Shown: positions 34,015-45,700, counted from the stretch's first letter. The stretch is DNA of 64,000 nt from Rebecca billardiae RCC1528 (GCA_965240325.2 OZ251232.1:1550001-1614000); one strand, 5' to 3'. A program made the numbers and translations. Notes: a model not told the origin generated them from the letters alone.

Positions 34015-35444
34015 ATGGCGGGAACAGTGATTGATGGGCAAGTAGCGCGGCCAGGATGGCACCCTTCTTACGGCCGTGCTGATCTCGGAGGCATGCCAGG
34101 CGAGGGTGCAGAGCTATCAATGTTCGTCCGTCTGACCCCATAGAAGTCGTGAGTCTGACGATCATCAATGTTGGCTGCGGAGTGCGGTGCGTCCGAGCCG
34201 GACTAGATTGTTTACAGCGGCGGCGACTGGCTGCCAGCCGGACGCGGGGCGGTCCTAATACGCTTTACAGTTAGGAACTCGGCGGTGGCAGTATTTACTG
34301 GAGACGATTACCGGACACTCGGACTGCCCCGGACCGTGTCGCGCTGTAGTCAGCACTTGAATGCGCCAATAAGGCGTGGCGTAGTGTGCTGCGCCGTGCG
34401 CGCCTGTCCGCGGCCCCCGGGGCGGCGCCGTCAGAACGGCGGCGCGGCGCCGGCGCGGCGGGGGCTGGCGGCCAATCGGATCAACTGCTTGATTCATGAC
34501 CAGGACTCGCATGGTTCGACACTGTGAGTATGTCAAATTCTCACTAGTCACTGCTAATAAATCTGGTCATCATATCATACCAGCAGGTCGATACCGAGTA
34601 TTCTCAAGCTGAAGTAGAGTACAGTAGGCAATCGCGGGCAATAAGAAGTCAGAGATCTCACCGCTAGTCTCGGTTTCTTAGCCGTTCGGTAGCCCGAGCG
34701 CCTACGGAGTCTCGCGGTCTCATCTTAGCTACTAGGACTAGGTCCGCCCGCCGCGCAGGACGCGGGGGGCGCACGGGGGGGCAGAGCCTGCTGCCCCGCT
34801 GAGTCAGTTAGGCCGCCAGCCGGCGAGGCCGAAGAAAAACATTGGGCCATTTTGGAGCAAATATCAAATCTGGCATGATGTTGCATGGATGCCGCGGTGC
34901 ACTGGCGAGGAGTCAGTCAAGTCAGGAGAAGTCGGCGGGACTTGGCCTGTACTCGTAGTCGGGCCGCGCGCCGCGTCCCACGGGCACTGCCGACTGCGGC
35001 CTCGGCGCGGACCGGACCACTCGGTCAGCCGCGACGACATAGTCCCGGTTTCTTAGTGAGTGTGACTATGCGTATAGCGAACCAGCCAATCGCTAATCAT
35101 CTCAGTTTCTAGGGGATCGAGATCCACAGATAGCAAGCCCCACTTTCTTATCATAACGTGACTGTACATTGCTCGTCCTGTTAAGTATATATATCAGGCC
35201 CGGCGCGATCAGTGCCTCACAGGCTCACAGCTCACTGACAGTACGGCCTACTACGGCTACGGGGGGGCTGCCGCCTGCCAGTCAAGCTATACCCGCGCGA
35301 TACCGATTACAGTCGTGTAGAATCGGTAGCGGGTATAGCTTGCCTGGCAGCCCCGCGGTTTAACGCGCGGTTCGGTTTATTAATAACAAATAGTAACATA
35401 TCGATGTATATATATACATATATATAGAGTTAGTACATACGTAT

Positions 35445-35958
35445 TGTCAAAAGCCCAAGGCAGCCATTGGCGCCATTCCCCAGCTCGAGGTTTCAATCTC
35501 AAGGCGCTGAGCAATTCTAAGCGCCACCATGCTGAGGATTCATTCCAATTCAAAACCTTATCATCGACCTCAACTGTCGGTTTTATTCACGTCCAGTGCA
35601 CAAATTCATTCATCATCATTCATCGTGCATTTCATAATGGCCAACAAGCCCAACAAGCGTCGCGGAACAATCCAGGAATCAAAGCTCCTGAGATGTTCTC
35701 AAGCCTTCGCAGGGCAATGCACTATCAGATCATTCCGAGAACGTGCCTTCGCAATCAGAAGCCGAGAAGCATCTCCAAACTTTCTAATCACGAAAGTTCT
35801 GGGATGAGTCCTTCGTGAGAACCCTACAAAAGTTTTTTCTCAGCGATCTGGAGCTGCACCAGCTACACAACAAAACCGAACTGATCAGCAAAGCAGGGAG
35901 ACCCCTGCGCCACCATCGCCAAAGAGCGAACCTCCGCCAGCGCACGAAGTGCCAATCA
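35445..35958 (+). repeat. 5' LTR
   Basis: Starts tgtcaaaagc and ends gccaatca; no differences from the 3' LTR seen by eye. Confidence 0.97.
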
Positions 35959-38900
35959 TGAGCTCATGGGGGCTTCACGGCGGACAACGTGGGAACACAC
36001 CGTGCGGACGCGCGCGGTTTCACCCGAACTCGAAGGTCGACATCCGCGAGGATTTGACCGACGACACCACCAGACCGGCGGCGCAGCAGCCAAAGCGCGC
36101 GTCACGCGACCGACCGGAACGCAACCACTCTCGACCTTCGCAGCAGCCGCGAGGCGAGAGGACGCGTACTTCGAACGAGCAGCTGCGCTCGTTCAAGAAC
36201 CTCGACTACCGCTTCGGACATCCCCCGCGGAGCGAGCAAGACCACAACCTCAGCGGCCGCGACGGCAAAGCCCAGCGACAACGCGTACTACAGGTCAAGC
36301 GCCGCAAGTGGCGCTTCAAGGTCAACAAGGACTCCAACCACGCACCCGACGACGGGGCGTGGAGAGCGGAGCGCACAGGGCCACCCAGCGCCGCGTCTGC
36401 GCTGCGGGACCCGCTCCAGCCGCGGGGTCACAACCACCAAACCTCGCAACGCGAGGCCAAACGCGGCGCGCGCACGCGCACCGCGCACGCGCAAAGTATC
36501 CCCACGCTGATTCCCAGCGCGCGTCAGACACAGGGACGACAGTCGGCGACCGACTCGATCCCATATGTCCCCTCCTTCACGCTCCAGTTTCTCCCTTCCG
36601 TCTATGCGAGCGGCTGGGACTCTACGCCCGCCAACAACAAGGGCGCTGCGACAACGCCTAACCAGTGGAGTGAGATTGATGACGATGATCCAGCGTCGTG
36701 CCAGCCATGCGACAATCAGTCGTGCACATCGAGGCATTGCCTTCTTGAGTGCAACATCTGTGGGATGGGCAGAGTCTGCAGCTACCGATGCGCAGACGCC
36801 ATCCAAGTTCAGCATCAGCTCGAATGTGAGCAGATCATCCAGTTTGCAGCGATGAACGACGGGATTGACATCGATGATGATGGCATTCACGTCCACCAGC
36901 AGGACGGACCCGTCGCAGCGGCTGATCGCCGCAGCCTGAGCGTTGTGAATGACGCAGGCGCCAGCCTCGATGATATTTGCCCTCGGCGGCCATCGGGAGG
37001 CTTCATCGCAGCAGCCGCAGAGCGGCAAGGTCACAACTACACAGTTGGAGACTATGTGCGGGAAAGGGACGAGCTTCACCAAAGCAAGTTTGATCTCATG
37101 TTCCATTGTAACGACGCACTCCTACAGCCAGGTGTCGCATGCTTACTGCACGACGAGTTCTATGGGCTGACTTCTGAAGCAGGCGAGGGACACCCGCCAG
37201 CTGACGACGGTCCACCTGGACATGGCACAAACTACCCGCCTGCCGCGACTGGCGCCGACAACAGCGCACAGCAGAGCAGCAATGGGGACGAGTCCTCTAC
37301 GTCGGACATTGACAGCTATGCCACAGCAGAGGACCACATTGAGACAAGCTCGCTCAACGCGTCACCGCGAACGCGCAGAAATGGAAGCGAAGCTTGCACC
37401 TACTTGCCCGACGCACACGCAATGATGGCTGTACAGACAAGCCAGCCCGGCGTCGGAAGCTACAAGCTGAATTTCTTCACAATCAAATCGAAAATGGCTA
37501 TCCACAGAGCGATCAAGGACGCAGTCACCGAGGTCAAGGCTTCCTACAAGGGAAGAGCGACCGACACTACGTCGTCCATGGTCACCCTCGTCGAGGCCAG
37601 GCTCTCCGGATACGCGCTGGCCGAGGCCGCCGTGTGGACAGCCGAAATTGCTATTCGGGAACCTTACGCAACCGCATTCGCAAACATGGACGCGGACACC
37701 ACCATCATGCAGATGACGATCGTCTACGAGCGATCGGTGGAAGTACTTTTCAAGCGTATCAAGGACATGATGCTGCCAAGTCTCTTTTCGTACCTCGAGT
37801 CGAAAAGGCACATCGTGAACCCGAATGAGAATTTCCTGAATTTACATACTCTGCTCGAAATCTTCGAGCACGAGCTGAACGTATCGACCATGTCGGAGCT
37901 CCGGGCTGAGTTCAAGAAGCTCTACCCGGACCGACCGACCCCGGTGAGCGGCCCTGAGATGATCAAGCAAACGGTGGAGATGGTACGCGCATCACGCTAT
38001 CGAGAGCTAGACGACGCCACACTCCTCGTGTTCAAGCTGTACAATGGGATGCACGAGCACCCAGAGGTCTACTCGACCGTCATCTCTATTTACGGTTCAA
38101 TGTCGCCCCAGCAATGCGTGGCGCAGACCGAACAGCTCACCGCCCAGATCGAGGACGCATACAGGCGTTGGACTCAGTCGCCCAAGGGACGACAGGCAAC
38201 GCAACGTGACCCCAAGCGGGGCGGTCCCGCGCACGCTCTCAATACTGAGGAGGCGGACCGCCGACAACCAGCAGTCACGTGCTCGCATTGCGGACTACGC
38301 AATCACACCGCAGAACGGTGCTGGAAGCTACATCCAGACTTGCGGCCACCCAGGCCGCCCGGTGCACCAAAACAGGGCAACTTCAAGCCGCCCGCCGAGC
38401 CCGGCAGGTATGACGGCAAGTTCATCAAGGTACCTCCGCCCCCCAAGTGGGCGGGGAGGCCGCGAGCCCAGATGGTGCAAGACGAGGACATCGACCCGGA
38501 ACCCGATGACGCAGATCTCGAGCCGACGCAATACGCGTATCTGGACTCGGGCGCGTCCCAATCATTTGTCGATATCAACCTCGGCCTGCTACACAATGCT
38601 CATCCGATCAGCATGTCTGTCAAGGTCGCCAAGCGCGACATTGAGCTACACGCATCCAAGGCAGGCGACATGTACGTATACTTACTCGACGCCGACTCAG
38701 ACACAACCGTGCCGGTGTGCCTGGAAAACGTCGTCGGAGTCGAAGATCTCGATACTACTCTCTTTTCAGTCAACGCGTTCGCCGCGGCCGGAATGGCTGT
38801 GGTGTTCGACGAACGACCATACATCCGCATCGGCCCCAAGAGGGTTCATTTGCGCCCCGACAACACTGTCGGATTCAAGGCAGTCGTACCCAAGGCCGAG

Positions 38901-41900
38901 ACAGCCATGCCGGCCACCACGGACGACATGCCACCAGACGTCGACCCGATCAAGAACGGGCGAAAGATCACGCTCTGGCAATCCAGACTAGGATACGCCG
39001 ATATCAAGCGTGTACGCGCAACCTACCGCGCGAACGACAAGATGTCGGAGGCATCGCCCTGCTCGTACCAGCCCTCCGACGTTGCCAAGTTCAAAGCTAA
39101 GCCGTTCCCGGGCACACGTGAGAGGACAACTCGACCGCTCGAGATGCTCCACAACGATGTCATCGGGCCCATCAACGGGCTGCCCGCCAAGACTCCAAGG
39201 TGGGGAACTCTATTCATCGATGATTTTTCCGGATACATGCGCTTCTACGACATGCAAAACAAGGCTGAAGCGCCGGAGAAGCTCGACCTCATGGCCAGCG
39301 AGATGGGAGCCAACTCTCTATCCGCCACCATGCAGAACAAGGGCATCGCCGGATGCACCATTCACCTCGACGGAGGCCGAGAGTTACACTCAAAGAATTG
39401 GAACCGAGTCCTTCGCAGGTACGACATGCTATGCAACTACATGTCGCCCCCCCACACGCAGCAGCTGAACGGCGTCGCCGAACGTGGCCTCGGAGTCATC
39501 ATGAATGACGCCAGGACAATGCTGTACCTCTCAGGCGTACACCACAAATGGTGGCATTGGGCAGCCAAGTGCGCTGCCGCGCAACGCAACCTGATGAGCA
39601 AGCATCCTACCAGCGATGGCAAGCTGGTTTCACCGCACGAGTTGATGTTTGGCACCTCGCCCGGGCCATTCCTGCAAAAGCTGAGAGTCTGGGGCTCGCC
39701 CTGCATCTACCTCGTACAGTCGATCAACAAGCAGAACAAGCTACTCCCGCGCGCGCGGGAGGGCATCTTATTGGGATACGGATTTGACGGTATCTTCGAG
39801 CGAGGCGCCATCAAGCGATCGCACGGATACATCGTTTTGAGTGCCGACGACGGGAAAATCGTCATCACTCGGCATGTCAAGTTCAACGAGCAAGTCATTT
39901 TGGATCGAATCTCTACGCATTTCAAGGAGATCCGCGAATTTCGGGACCCCCTGCTGGCGTGGAGCGCTCGGCGACCTCCTCAAGGTGCAGATGCTGGTAA
40001 GACCCATGACAGCAACACCATCGAGGAGGGCGACGAAGAGTTTGCCAGCAGCAGCAGCGACGCCGACAGCGGCTCCGAGCGCGGAGGAGACGATCCACCA
40101 TCGCCGGACGAGAAATCAGACGACGATGACGACGAGGATGACGGGGACGGCCCCGACGACGACGAGAAGGGAGATGACGGCGACGACGACGGTGATGAAG
40201 ACGGCCCCGGAGCTGGAGGCGGACCATCGCCCAGCAACGCGCCGCCGCAGCCGAAGCAGCCTCCTCCCTCCGCCGATCGTCGCCCACAGCGGACCCGCAA
40301 CATGACTGGCAAGTCATACTTCCCGTCGACGCGGCGCGCGCGCGCGCGCGCGCAGCTCGCGCAGCTCGCATCAGATATCCCGGTACCTACATCGTTCAAG
40401 GAAGCGATGGAGAGCAAGCAAGCATCCGATTGGACAAGGGCTATCATGGAAGAATACGAGGCCCACGACAGACTGGGCACATTCACGCCCGTCGTTGTTC
40501 CCAAAGGGAAAGCAATTATCCCATCGAAGCTGGTCTTCAAGGTCAAAGCCAATCCAGATGGTACCATCGAACGGTACAAGGCAAGATTGGTTGGTCAAGG
40601 CTTCCGCCAGATTCAAGGAGTCAATTACGACGAGGTGTTCTCGCCTACTATCCGGTACGAGAACGTACGCCTCCTATTGGCACTGACGACGGAGCTACGA
40701 ACACCAGAAAGACCTTGGATCATCCACTCCGCGGACGTGAGTACGGCGTACCTCCAAGCCCCTTTGGAGGACGGCCTGAAGATCTACACTACGCTACCCC
40801 CGCTGTACCCGTGTACTCTCAAGCCACCCGAGGGGCATGTGGTCGCGGCCGACTGGGATATGGCCCTTCCAGGATTTAAGCAGAGCGGCCGACGATGGCA
40901 CCTCCGCCTCAGCCAGAAACTGCGAGAGAAAGGATTCAAAAAACTCGCACAGTCGGAGTGCATCTTCGTCCGCATCTCCGGAGACATCATCGACGTCATC
41001 GCAGTGTACGTGGACGATCTGCTTATTCTGAGCAGCTCCCCCGACAGCGCAAGGCCCAGCTCGATTATTGAGGAAATTCGAAAAGAATTTACCCTCCGGG
41101 ATTTGGGACCAGCAACGACGTTCCTGGGCATGAATATCACCCAGGGGCCCAAGTCGACGACTATCTCCATGTCACAGTACATCACCGATCTCCTCAAGAG
41201 GCACGACATGAGCGACATTACGCCCGTCGACAACCCATGCAGATCGGCAGCAGAGCAACCGACATCAATCGAGACAGACGATTCATCATCGTGCTCGTCG
41301 GAGGAATCAAAGACCTACCGAGCAATCGTCGGAGCGCTACTATTCATCATGAACACCTGCCGACCCGACATCAGCTATGCAGTCAACATGTTGGCAAGGT
41401 ACATGGCAAGCCCAAGTTCGAACGACCTTAAAGGTGCCAAGCGAGTGCTCAGGTACTTGGCCGGGACAAAGAATTCCGGCATCACTTTCAAATCAACACC
41501 TACTCAGCCACGGACGGAGATGTTTGTGGACTCGGATTGGGCCAACGATACAAAGGATCGCCGCTCGACAGGAAGCTATATCTACTTCCACGCAGGCGGC
41601 CCAGTATCGTGGCGCACCTTCAAGCAGTCAATCACAACCCTCTCATCATGTGAGGCCGAATATGTCGCTCTCGCGGAAGGATCCAAAGAGGCAGTTTACC
41701 TACGCGACATCATCAGCGATATTCTCAATATTCCCAAGACGCCCATTGTGATCCATGAGGACAACAAGGGGGCGATTGATCTCTCGAAGAACAGCATTCA
41801 TCATAAGCGCACCAAGCACATCGACGTACGACACCATTTTATTCGAGATTGTGTCGACCTCGGTGCAGTCAACATTATCAAGGTACACACATCGGAAAAC

Positions 41901-41984
41901 ATCGCCGATTGTCTTACCAAGGCGCTACCCAAGGACAAATTTGCAAAATTCCGAGACATCATGGTTGCACCAGTTTCGAATTGA
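35958..41984 (+). CDS. Copia Gag-Pol polyprotein (single ORF, about 2008 aa) with an N-terminal MYND-like zinc finger
   Basis: Gag CSHCGLRNHTAERC knuckle; protease YLDSGAS; integrase LHNDVIGP, HLDGGRE and NGVAER; RT YKARLVGQG and VYVDDLLI; RNase H VDSDWA, SSCEAEY, EDNKGAI and ADCLTK. Confidence 0.96.
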   Translation: MSSWGLHGGQRGNTPCGRARFHPNSKVDIREDLTDDTTRPAAQQPKRASRDRPERNHSRPSQQPRGERTRTSNEQLRSFKNLDYRFGHPPRSEQDHNLSGRDGKAQRQRVLQVKRRKWRFKVNKDSNHAPDDGAWRAERTGPPSAASALRDPLQPRGHNHQTSQREAKRGARTRTAHAQSIPTLIPSARQTQGRQSATDSIPYVPSFTLQFLPSVYASGWDSTPANNKGAATTPNQWSEIDDDDPASCQPCDNQSCTSRHCLLECNICGMGRVCSYRCADAIQVQHQLECEQIIQFAAMNDGIDIDDDGIHVHQQDGPVAAADRRSLSVVNDAGASLDDICPRRPSGGFIAAAAERQGHNYTVGDYVRERDELHQSKFDLMFHCNDALLQPGVACLLHDEFYGLTSEAGEGHPPADDGPPGHGTNYPPAATGADNSAQQSSNGDESSTSDIDSYATAEDHIETSSLNASPRTRRNGSEACTYLPDAHAMMAVQTSQPGVGSYKLNFFTIKSKMAIHRAIKDAVTEVKASYKGRATDTTSSMVTLVEARLSGYALAEAAVWTAEIAIREPYATAFANMDADTTIMQMTIVYERSVEVLFKRIKDMMLPSLFSYLESKRHIVNPNENFLNLHTLLEIFEHELNVSTMSELRAEFKKLYPDRPTPVSGPEMIKQTVEMVRASRYRELDDATLLVFKLYNGMHEHPEVYSTVISIYGSMSPQQCVAQTEQLTAQIEDAYRRWTQSPKGRQATQRDPKRGGPAHALNTEEADRRQPAVTCSHCGLRNHTAERCWKLHPDLRPPRPPGAPKQGNFKPPAEPGRYDGKFIKVPPPPKWAGRPRAQMVQDEDIDPEPDDADLEPTQYAYLDSGASQSFVDINLGLLHNAHPISMSVKVAKRDIELHASKAGDMYVYLLDADSDTTVPVCLENVVGVEDLDTTLFSVNAFAAAGMAVVFDERPYIRIGPKRVHLRPDNTVGFKAVVPKAETAMPATTDDMPPDVDPIKNGRKITLWQSRLGYADIKRVRATYRANDKMSEASPCSYQPSDVAKFKAKPFPGTRERTTRPLEMLHNDVIGPINGLPAKTPRWGTLFIDDFSGYMRFYDMQNKAEAPEKLDLMASEMGANSLSATMQNKGIAGCTIHLDGGRELHSKNWNRVLRRYDMLCNYMSPPHTQQLNGVAERGLGVIMNDARTMLYLSGVHHKWWHWAAKCAAAQRNLMSKHPTSDGKLVSPHELMFGTSPGPFLQKLRVWGSPCIYLVQSINKQNKLLPRAREGILLGYGFDGIFERGAIKRSHGYIVLSADDGKIVITRHVKFNEQVILDRISTHFKEIREFRDPLLAWSARRPPQGADAGKTHDSNTIEEGDEEFASSSSDADSGSERGGDDPPSPDEKSDDDDDEDDGDGPDDDEKGDDGDDDGDEDGPGAGGGPSPSNAPPQPKQPPPSADRRPQRTRNMTGKSYFPSTRRARARAQLAQLASDIPVPTSFKEAMESKQASDWTRAIMEEYEAHDRLGTFTPVVVPKGKAIIPSKLVFKVKANPDGTIERYKARLVGQGFRQIQGVNYDEVFSPTIRYENVRLLLALTTELRTPERPWIIHSADVSTAYLQAPLEDGLKIYTTLPPLYPCTLKPPEGHVVAADWDMALPGFKQSGRRWHLRLSQKLREKGFKKLAQSECIFVRISGDIIDVIAVYVDDLLILSSSPDSARPSSIIEEIRKEFTLRDLGPATTFLGMNITQGPKSTTISMSQYITDLLKRHDMSDITPVDNPCRSAAEQPTSIETDDSSSCSSEESKTYRAIVGALLFIMNTCRPDISYAVNMLARYMASPSSNDLKGAKRVLRYLAGTKNSGITFKSTPTQPRTEMFVDSDWANDTKDRRSTGSYIYFHAGGPVSWRTFKQSITTLSSCEAEYVALAEGSKEAVYLRDIISDILNIPKTPIVIHEDNKGAIDLSKNSIHHKRTKHIDVRHHFIRDCVDLGAVNIIKVHTSENIADCLTKALPKDKFAKFRDIMVAPVSN

Positions 41985-41991
41985 GGGGGCG

Positions 41992-42505
41992 TGTCAAAAG
42001 CCCAAGGCAGCCATTGGCGCCATTCCCCAGCTCGAGGTTTCAATCTCAAGGCGCTGAGCAATTCTAAGCGCCACCATGCTGAGGATTCATTCCAATTCAA
42101 AACCTTATCATCGACCTCAACTGTCGGTTTTATTCACGTCCAGTGCACAAATTCATTCATCATCATTCATCGTGCATTTCATAATGGCCAACAAGCCCAA
42201 CAAGCGTCGCGGAACAATCCAGGAATCAAAGCTCCTGAGATGTTCTCAAGCCTTCGCAGGGCAATGCACTATCAGATCATTCCGAGAACGTGCCTTCGCA
42301 ATCAGAAGCCGAGAAGCATCTCCAAACTTTCTAATCACGAAAGTTCTGGGATGAGTCCTTCGTGAGAACCCTACAAAAGTTTTTTCTCAGCGATCTGGAG
42401 CTGCACCAGCTACACAACAAAACCGAACTGATCAGCAAAGCAGGGAGACCCCTGCGCCACCATCGCCAAAGAGCGAACCTCCGCCAGCGCACGAAGTGCC
42501 AATCA
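41992..42505 (+). repeat. 3' LTR
   Basis: Direct repeat of 35445-35958, preceded by the polypurine tract and followed by the target-site duplication. Confidence 0.97.
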
Positions 42506-42944
42506 CGTATATATTATATATAATGATATCATCGATATATATATATATATATATATCGATCTCTCTAGTCTCTGGCTCTCTCTTACTCTCTCTCTCTCTC
42601 TCTCTCTCGGCCACTGTATCATCTGGCTGACTCTGAGACTATGAGTAGTGAGTAGTCCGATAGCAGTGACGAGTGACCACGCCACGCGATTTGGCGACCT
42701 CGCCACGGCTCAATGCCCATCCAGAGGTACGGACGTGCCGCACTCCCGGAGCCTGGCCAGCCACCATCGAAGTACCCGCCACCATCTGGCCGCGCCAGTA
42801 CCGTAGCCGTAGGTATCAATCCGGCGGGTAGAATTCCAGTCTCCCGACACCGCCCTTTTGCGCAGCGGTTGGCGTCCACGGCAATGGCGGACGCGGTTGT
42901 CGGGGGCGCAGCGTCCTTCTGCGCGCAGGCCGTCCCGCCGTCCG

Positions 42945-45700
42945 TCAGAGCCGCGCCTTGAGCAGCTCGGCGCGCGCGACGGTGCGCGCGTGCACCTCGT
43001 CAGGCCCGTCCGCGAGTCGGAGCGTGCGCGCGGCGGCGTACGCGGCGGCCAGCTCAAAATCCTCGCTCACGCCCGCGCCGCCAAAGATCTGGACCGCGCG
43101 GTCGATCACGGTGCACGCGGCGCGCGGCGCGGCCAGCTTGATCAGCGCGATCTGCTGCGCAGCCGCGCGGCTGCCCACCGCGTCGATCGCGTGCGCCGCG
43201 CTGAGCGTGAGCAGGCGCGCGCTGTCGAGCTCGGCGCGCGACTGCGCGATCGCCTCCTGCACGCTCGACTGCGCAACGCGCCGCGATGCGCGTGGGCGCG
43301 CGGCGGAATCGCGCACGGCGCGCGAGGGCGGAGGGCGGCCGTGGGCTGAGTGCGCGCGCGGCCCGAAGGGCGGTGCGGCGGGCCGCGCATCGAGCGCACG
43401 CCGCTGGGCGGCGCGCACGGCGGTGCCGGCCAGCACGTCTCCGCTCATCCGCGCGACAGGCGGCCACGGAAAGGGCGCGCAGCGCCGGCGGCGCGGGGCG
43501 CGGGGCGGCGCGGCGACCTCTGAGTAGCCACAACGGCGCGGCGCGGCGCGCACACCTTGTGAGCAAGGGGCTCGCCGAAGGCGTGGCGCCGCTTGGCGCG
43601 CGCGCACATCGCCTCGAGGCAGCGCTCGGCGAGGCCGAGCACGCGCATGCAGTGGTGCACGCGGCCGGGCCCGAGCCGCGCCTGCGCCATCTCGAAGCCG
43701 CGGCCCTCGCCGCCGAGCACCGCGTCCGCACCGACGCGCACGCCGCTGAAGACAAGCTCGCAGTGGCCGTGCGGCGCGTCGTCGTACCCAAATGTCGTGA
43801 GCGCGCGGCGCACGCAGAGCCCCGGCGACTCCATCGGGACCAGCAGCACCGTGTGCGCCGCGTGCCCTCGGCGCGCGCCGCCGCCAGAGCCGCCAGAGCC
43901 ACCATCGCCCTCCTCCTCCATGCGGCCGACGACGAGACACAGTCGGCAGCGCGGGTCGCCAGCGCCACTGACCCACCACTTGGTTCCGCTCAGCTCGTAC
44001 CCGCCGCCGCCCGGCAGCCGGCGCACGCGCAGCGCGAGGTTGGTCGGGTCGGAGGAGGCGACGTCCGGCTCAGTCATCGCGTAGCACGATCGCAACCGCC
44101 CGTCCAGCAGCGGCGACAGCCAGCGCGCCTTCTGCTCGTCCGTGCCGAAGCGTGCCAGCAGCTCCATGTTGCCCGTGTCCGGCGCCGAGCAGTTGCACGC
44201 CTCGGGCGCGAGCTGCCCGATCCGCCCGCTCAGCTCGGCGAGCGGCGCGTACTCGAGCGTCGACAGGCCAGCACCGCCGCGCCCGCCGCGCGCCGCCTCG
44301 CCCGCCGCGCCCTCCAGCTCAGGAGACAGCCACAGATTCCAGAGGCCAGCGGCGCGCGCGCGCGCCTTGAGCCGCTCCACGGTGGCGAGCGGCGACCAGC
44401 GCCGGCCGGCGCGCGTGTTGCGCGCGAGCTCAGCCGCGGCCTCCGCCTCGGCGGGGCCCACCTCGTACTCGAGGAACGCCGCCATCGCTGCGTGCAGCCG
44501 AGCGGCGCGCGCCGAGAGCCGCACCGGCAAGAGTGAAAGCGTCGCTGCGGACGCGGCCGTGACGTGGGCAGGCGGCGAGGTGATCGGATCGGCGGGGCCG
44601 GGCGGCGCGGCGCACGCGACGCGCCAGCCCTCGGCGGCGGTCGCGCGGAACAGCGCGCCCGCCTCCGCGCCGCGCGCGGACGACGCGTTGCCCTGCAGCG
44701 CGCGCGCCAGCACACCCTGTTGGATCGCGGCTAGGCGAAAGGCCGCCAGGGCCTCAAAGAACGCGCGCTCGGCAGGCGCAAGCGGCGGCGCGTTGGCGCG
44801 CGAGGCGTAGCCGCGCGCGAACTCGTCGGCGGTGGGCACGCCGGCGGGCGGGCGGAGCGGCCGCGCCGCGCCCAGCGCCGCGCCCAGCGCCCACTGCGCC
44901 GTCACGTACCCCACGTCCGCGCGCGCGTCACCGAGAGTCGCGAGCTCCCAGTCAAGAACGGCACACACGGACAGGTCCGGCCTGAAGACGAGGTTGTCCA
45001 GGCGGAAGTCGCCGTGGACGAGGGCGGGCGGCGCGGCGTGCGCGAGCGCGTCCATCCCCGCCGCGCGCTCCGCGAGCCACGACCCCAGCTTGGGCAGCTC
45101 GGCCGACGGAGGCTCGCGCGCGGCCGCGAGCGCGCCAGCACCCGCCTCCACCTGCGCCGCCCAGCGCCGCACCTGCCGCGACGCGTAGCCCGCGGGGCGG
45201 CCGAAGCCATCGAGGCCGGCCGCGGCGGGGTCGACGGCGTGGATGCGCGCGAGCACGTCGCACATGCTTGCGTACACCGCGTACCGCTGCGCCGGCGCCA
45301 GCCCGCGCAGCGTCGGGTCGAGGAAGACGAGGCCGCTCACATGCTCCATCAGATAGAACGGCGTGCCGAGCACGGACGCGTCGGCGCAAAAGGCGACGGG
45401 GCGAGGCACGGGCACGTTGGTGTGCGCGTGCAGCGCGCACAGCACGCGGTACTCGCGGTCGACCGCGTGCGCCGACGGTAGGATCGCGCCGCCTGGCTGC
45501 TTGCGCAGCACTAGCGCGCCGCCGCCGCGCGCGCCGAGCTCAAGCCGATAGGTCGGGTTGGACTGGCCGTGCGAGAACTGGCGCACGCGCATCGCGCCAT
45601 CAAAGGGGCGCACGTGCGCGCGGACCCACGCGCCGAGCGCCGCCTCGTCGATCGGCGCGCGCACGCCCTCGTCGAGCAGCTCGTCGGTGCTCGTCGCCAT
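42945..45700 (-). CDS. ACAD10/11 (IBR3-like) phosphotransferase plus acyl-CoA dehydrogenase, probably peroxisomal; intron 43269-43555
   Basis: QFSHGQSNPTY, HGDFRLDNL and LDWEL (APH-like); NCSAPDTGNME, MTEPDVASSD, RLGPGRVHHCMR and LRLADGPDEVH; C-terminal ARL is a PTS1-type tripeptide. Confidence 0.92.

Larger units (their letters stand above)
35445..42505 (+). mobile_element. Full-length Ty1/Copia LTR retrotransposon
   Basis: Two 514-bp TG...CA LTRs, 5-bp target-site duplication CGTAT (35440-35444 and 42506-42510), polypurine tract gagggggcg at 41983-41991, and gag-PR-IN-RT-RH domain order. Confidence 0.98.

Noticed and set aside
34760-35285. gggggggcagagc...cccc and gggggggctgccgcc motifs resembling hairpins of mobile elements
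   Set aside because: Interrupted and isolated, with no transposase or element boundaries nearby.
35444-35818. 124-aa and 92-aa ORFs that occur twice (again at 41991 and 42076)
   Set aside because: They lie inside the LTRs; the duplication reflects LTR identity and there is no coding evidence.
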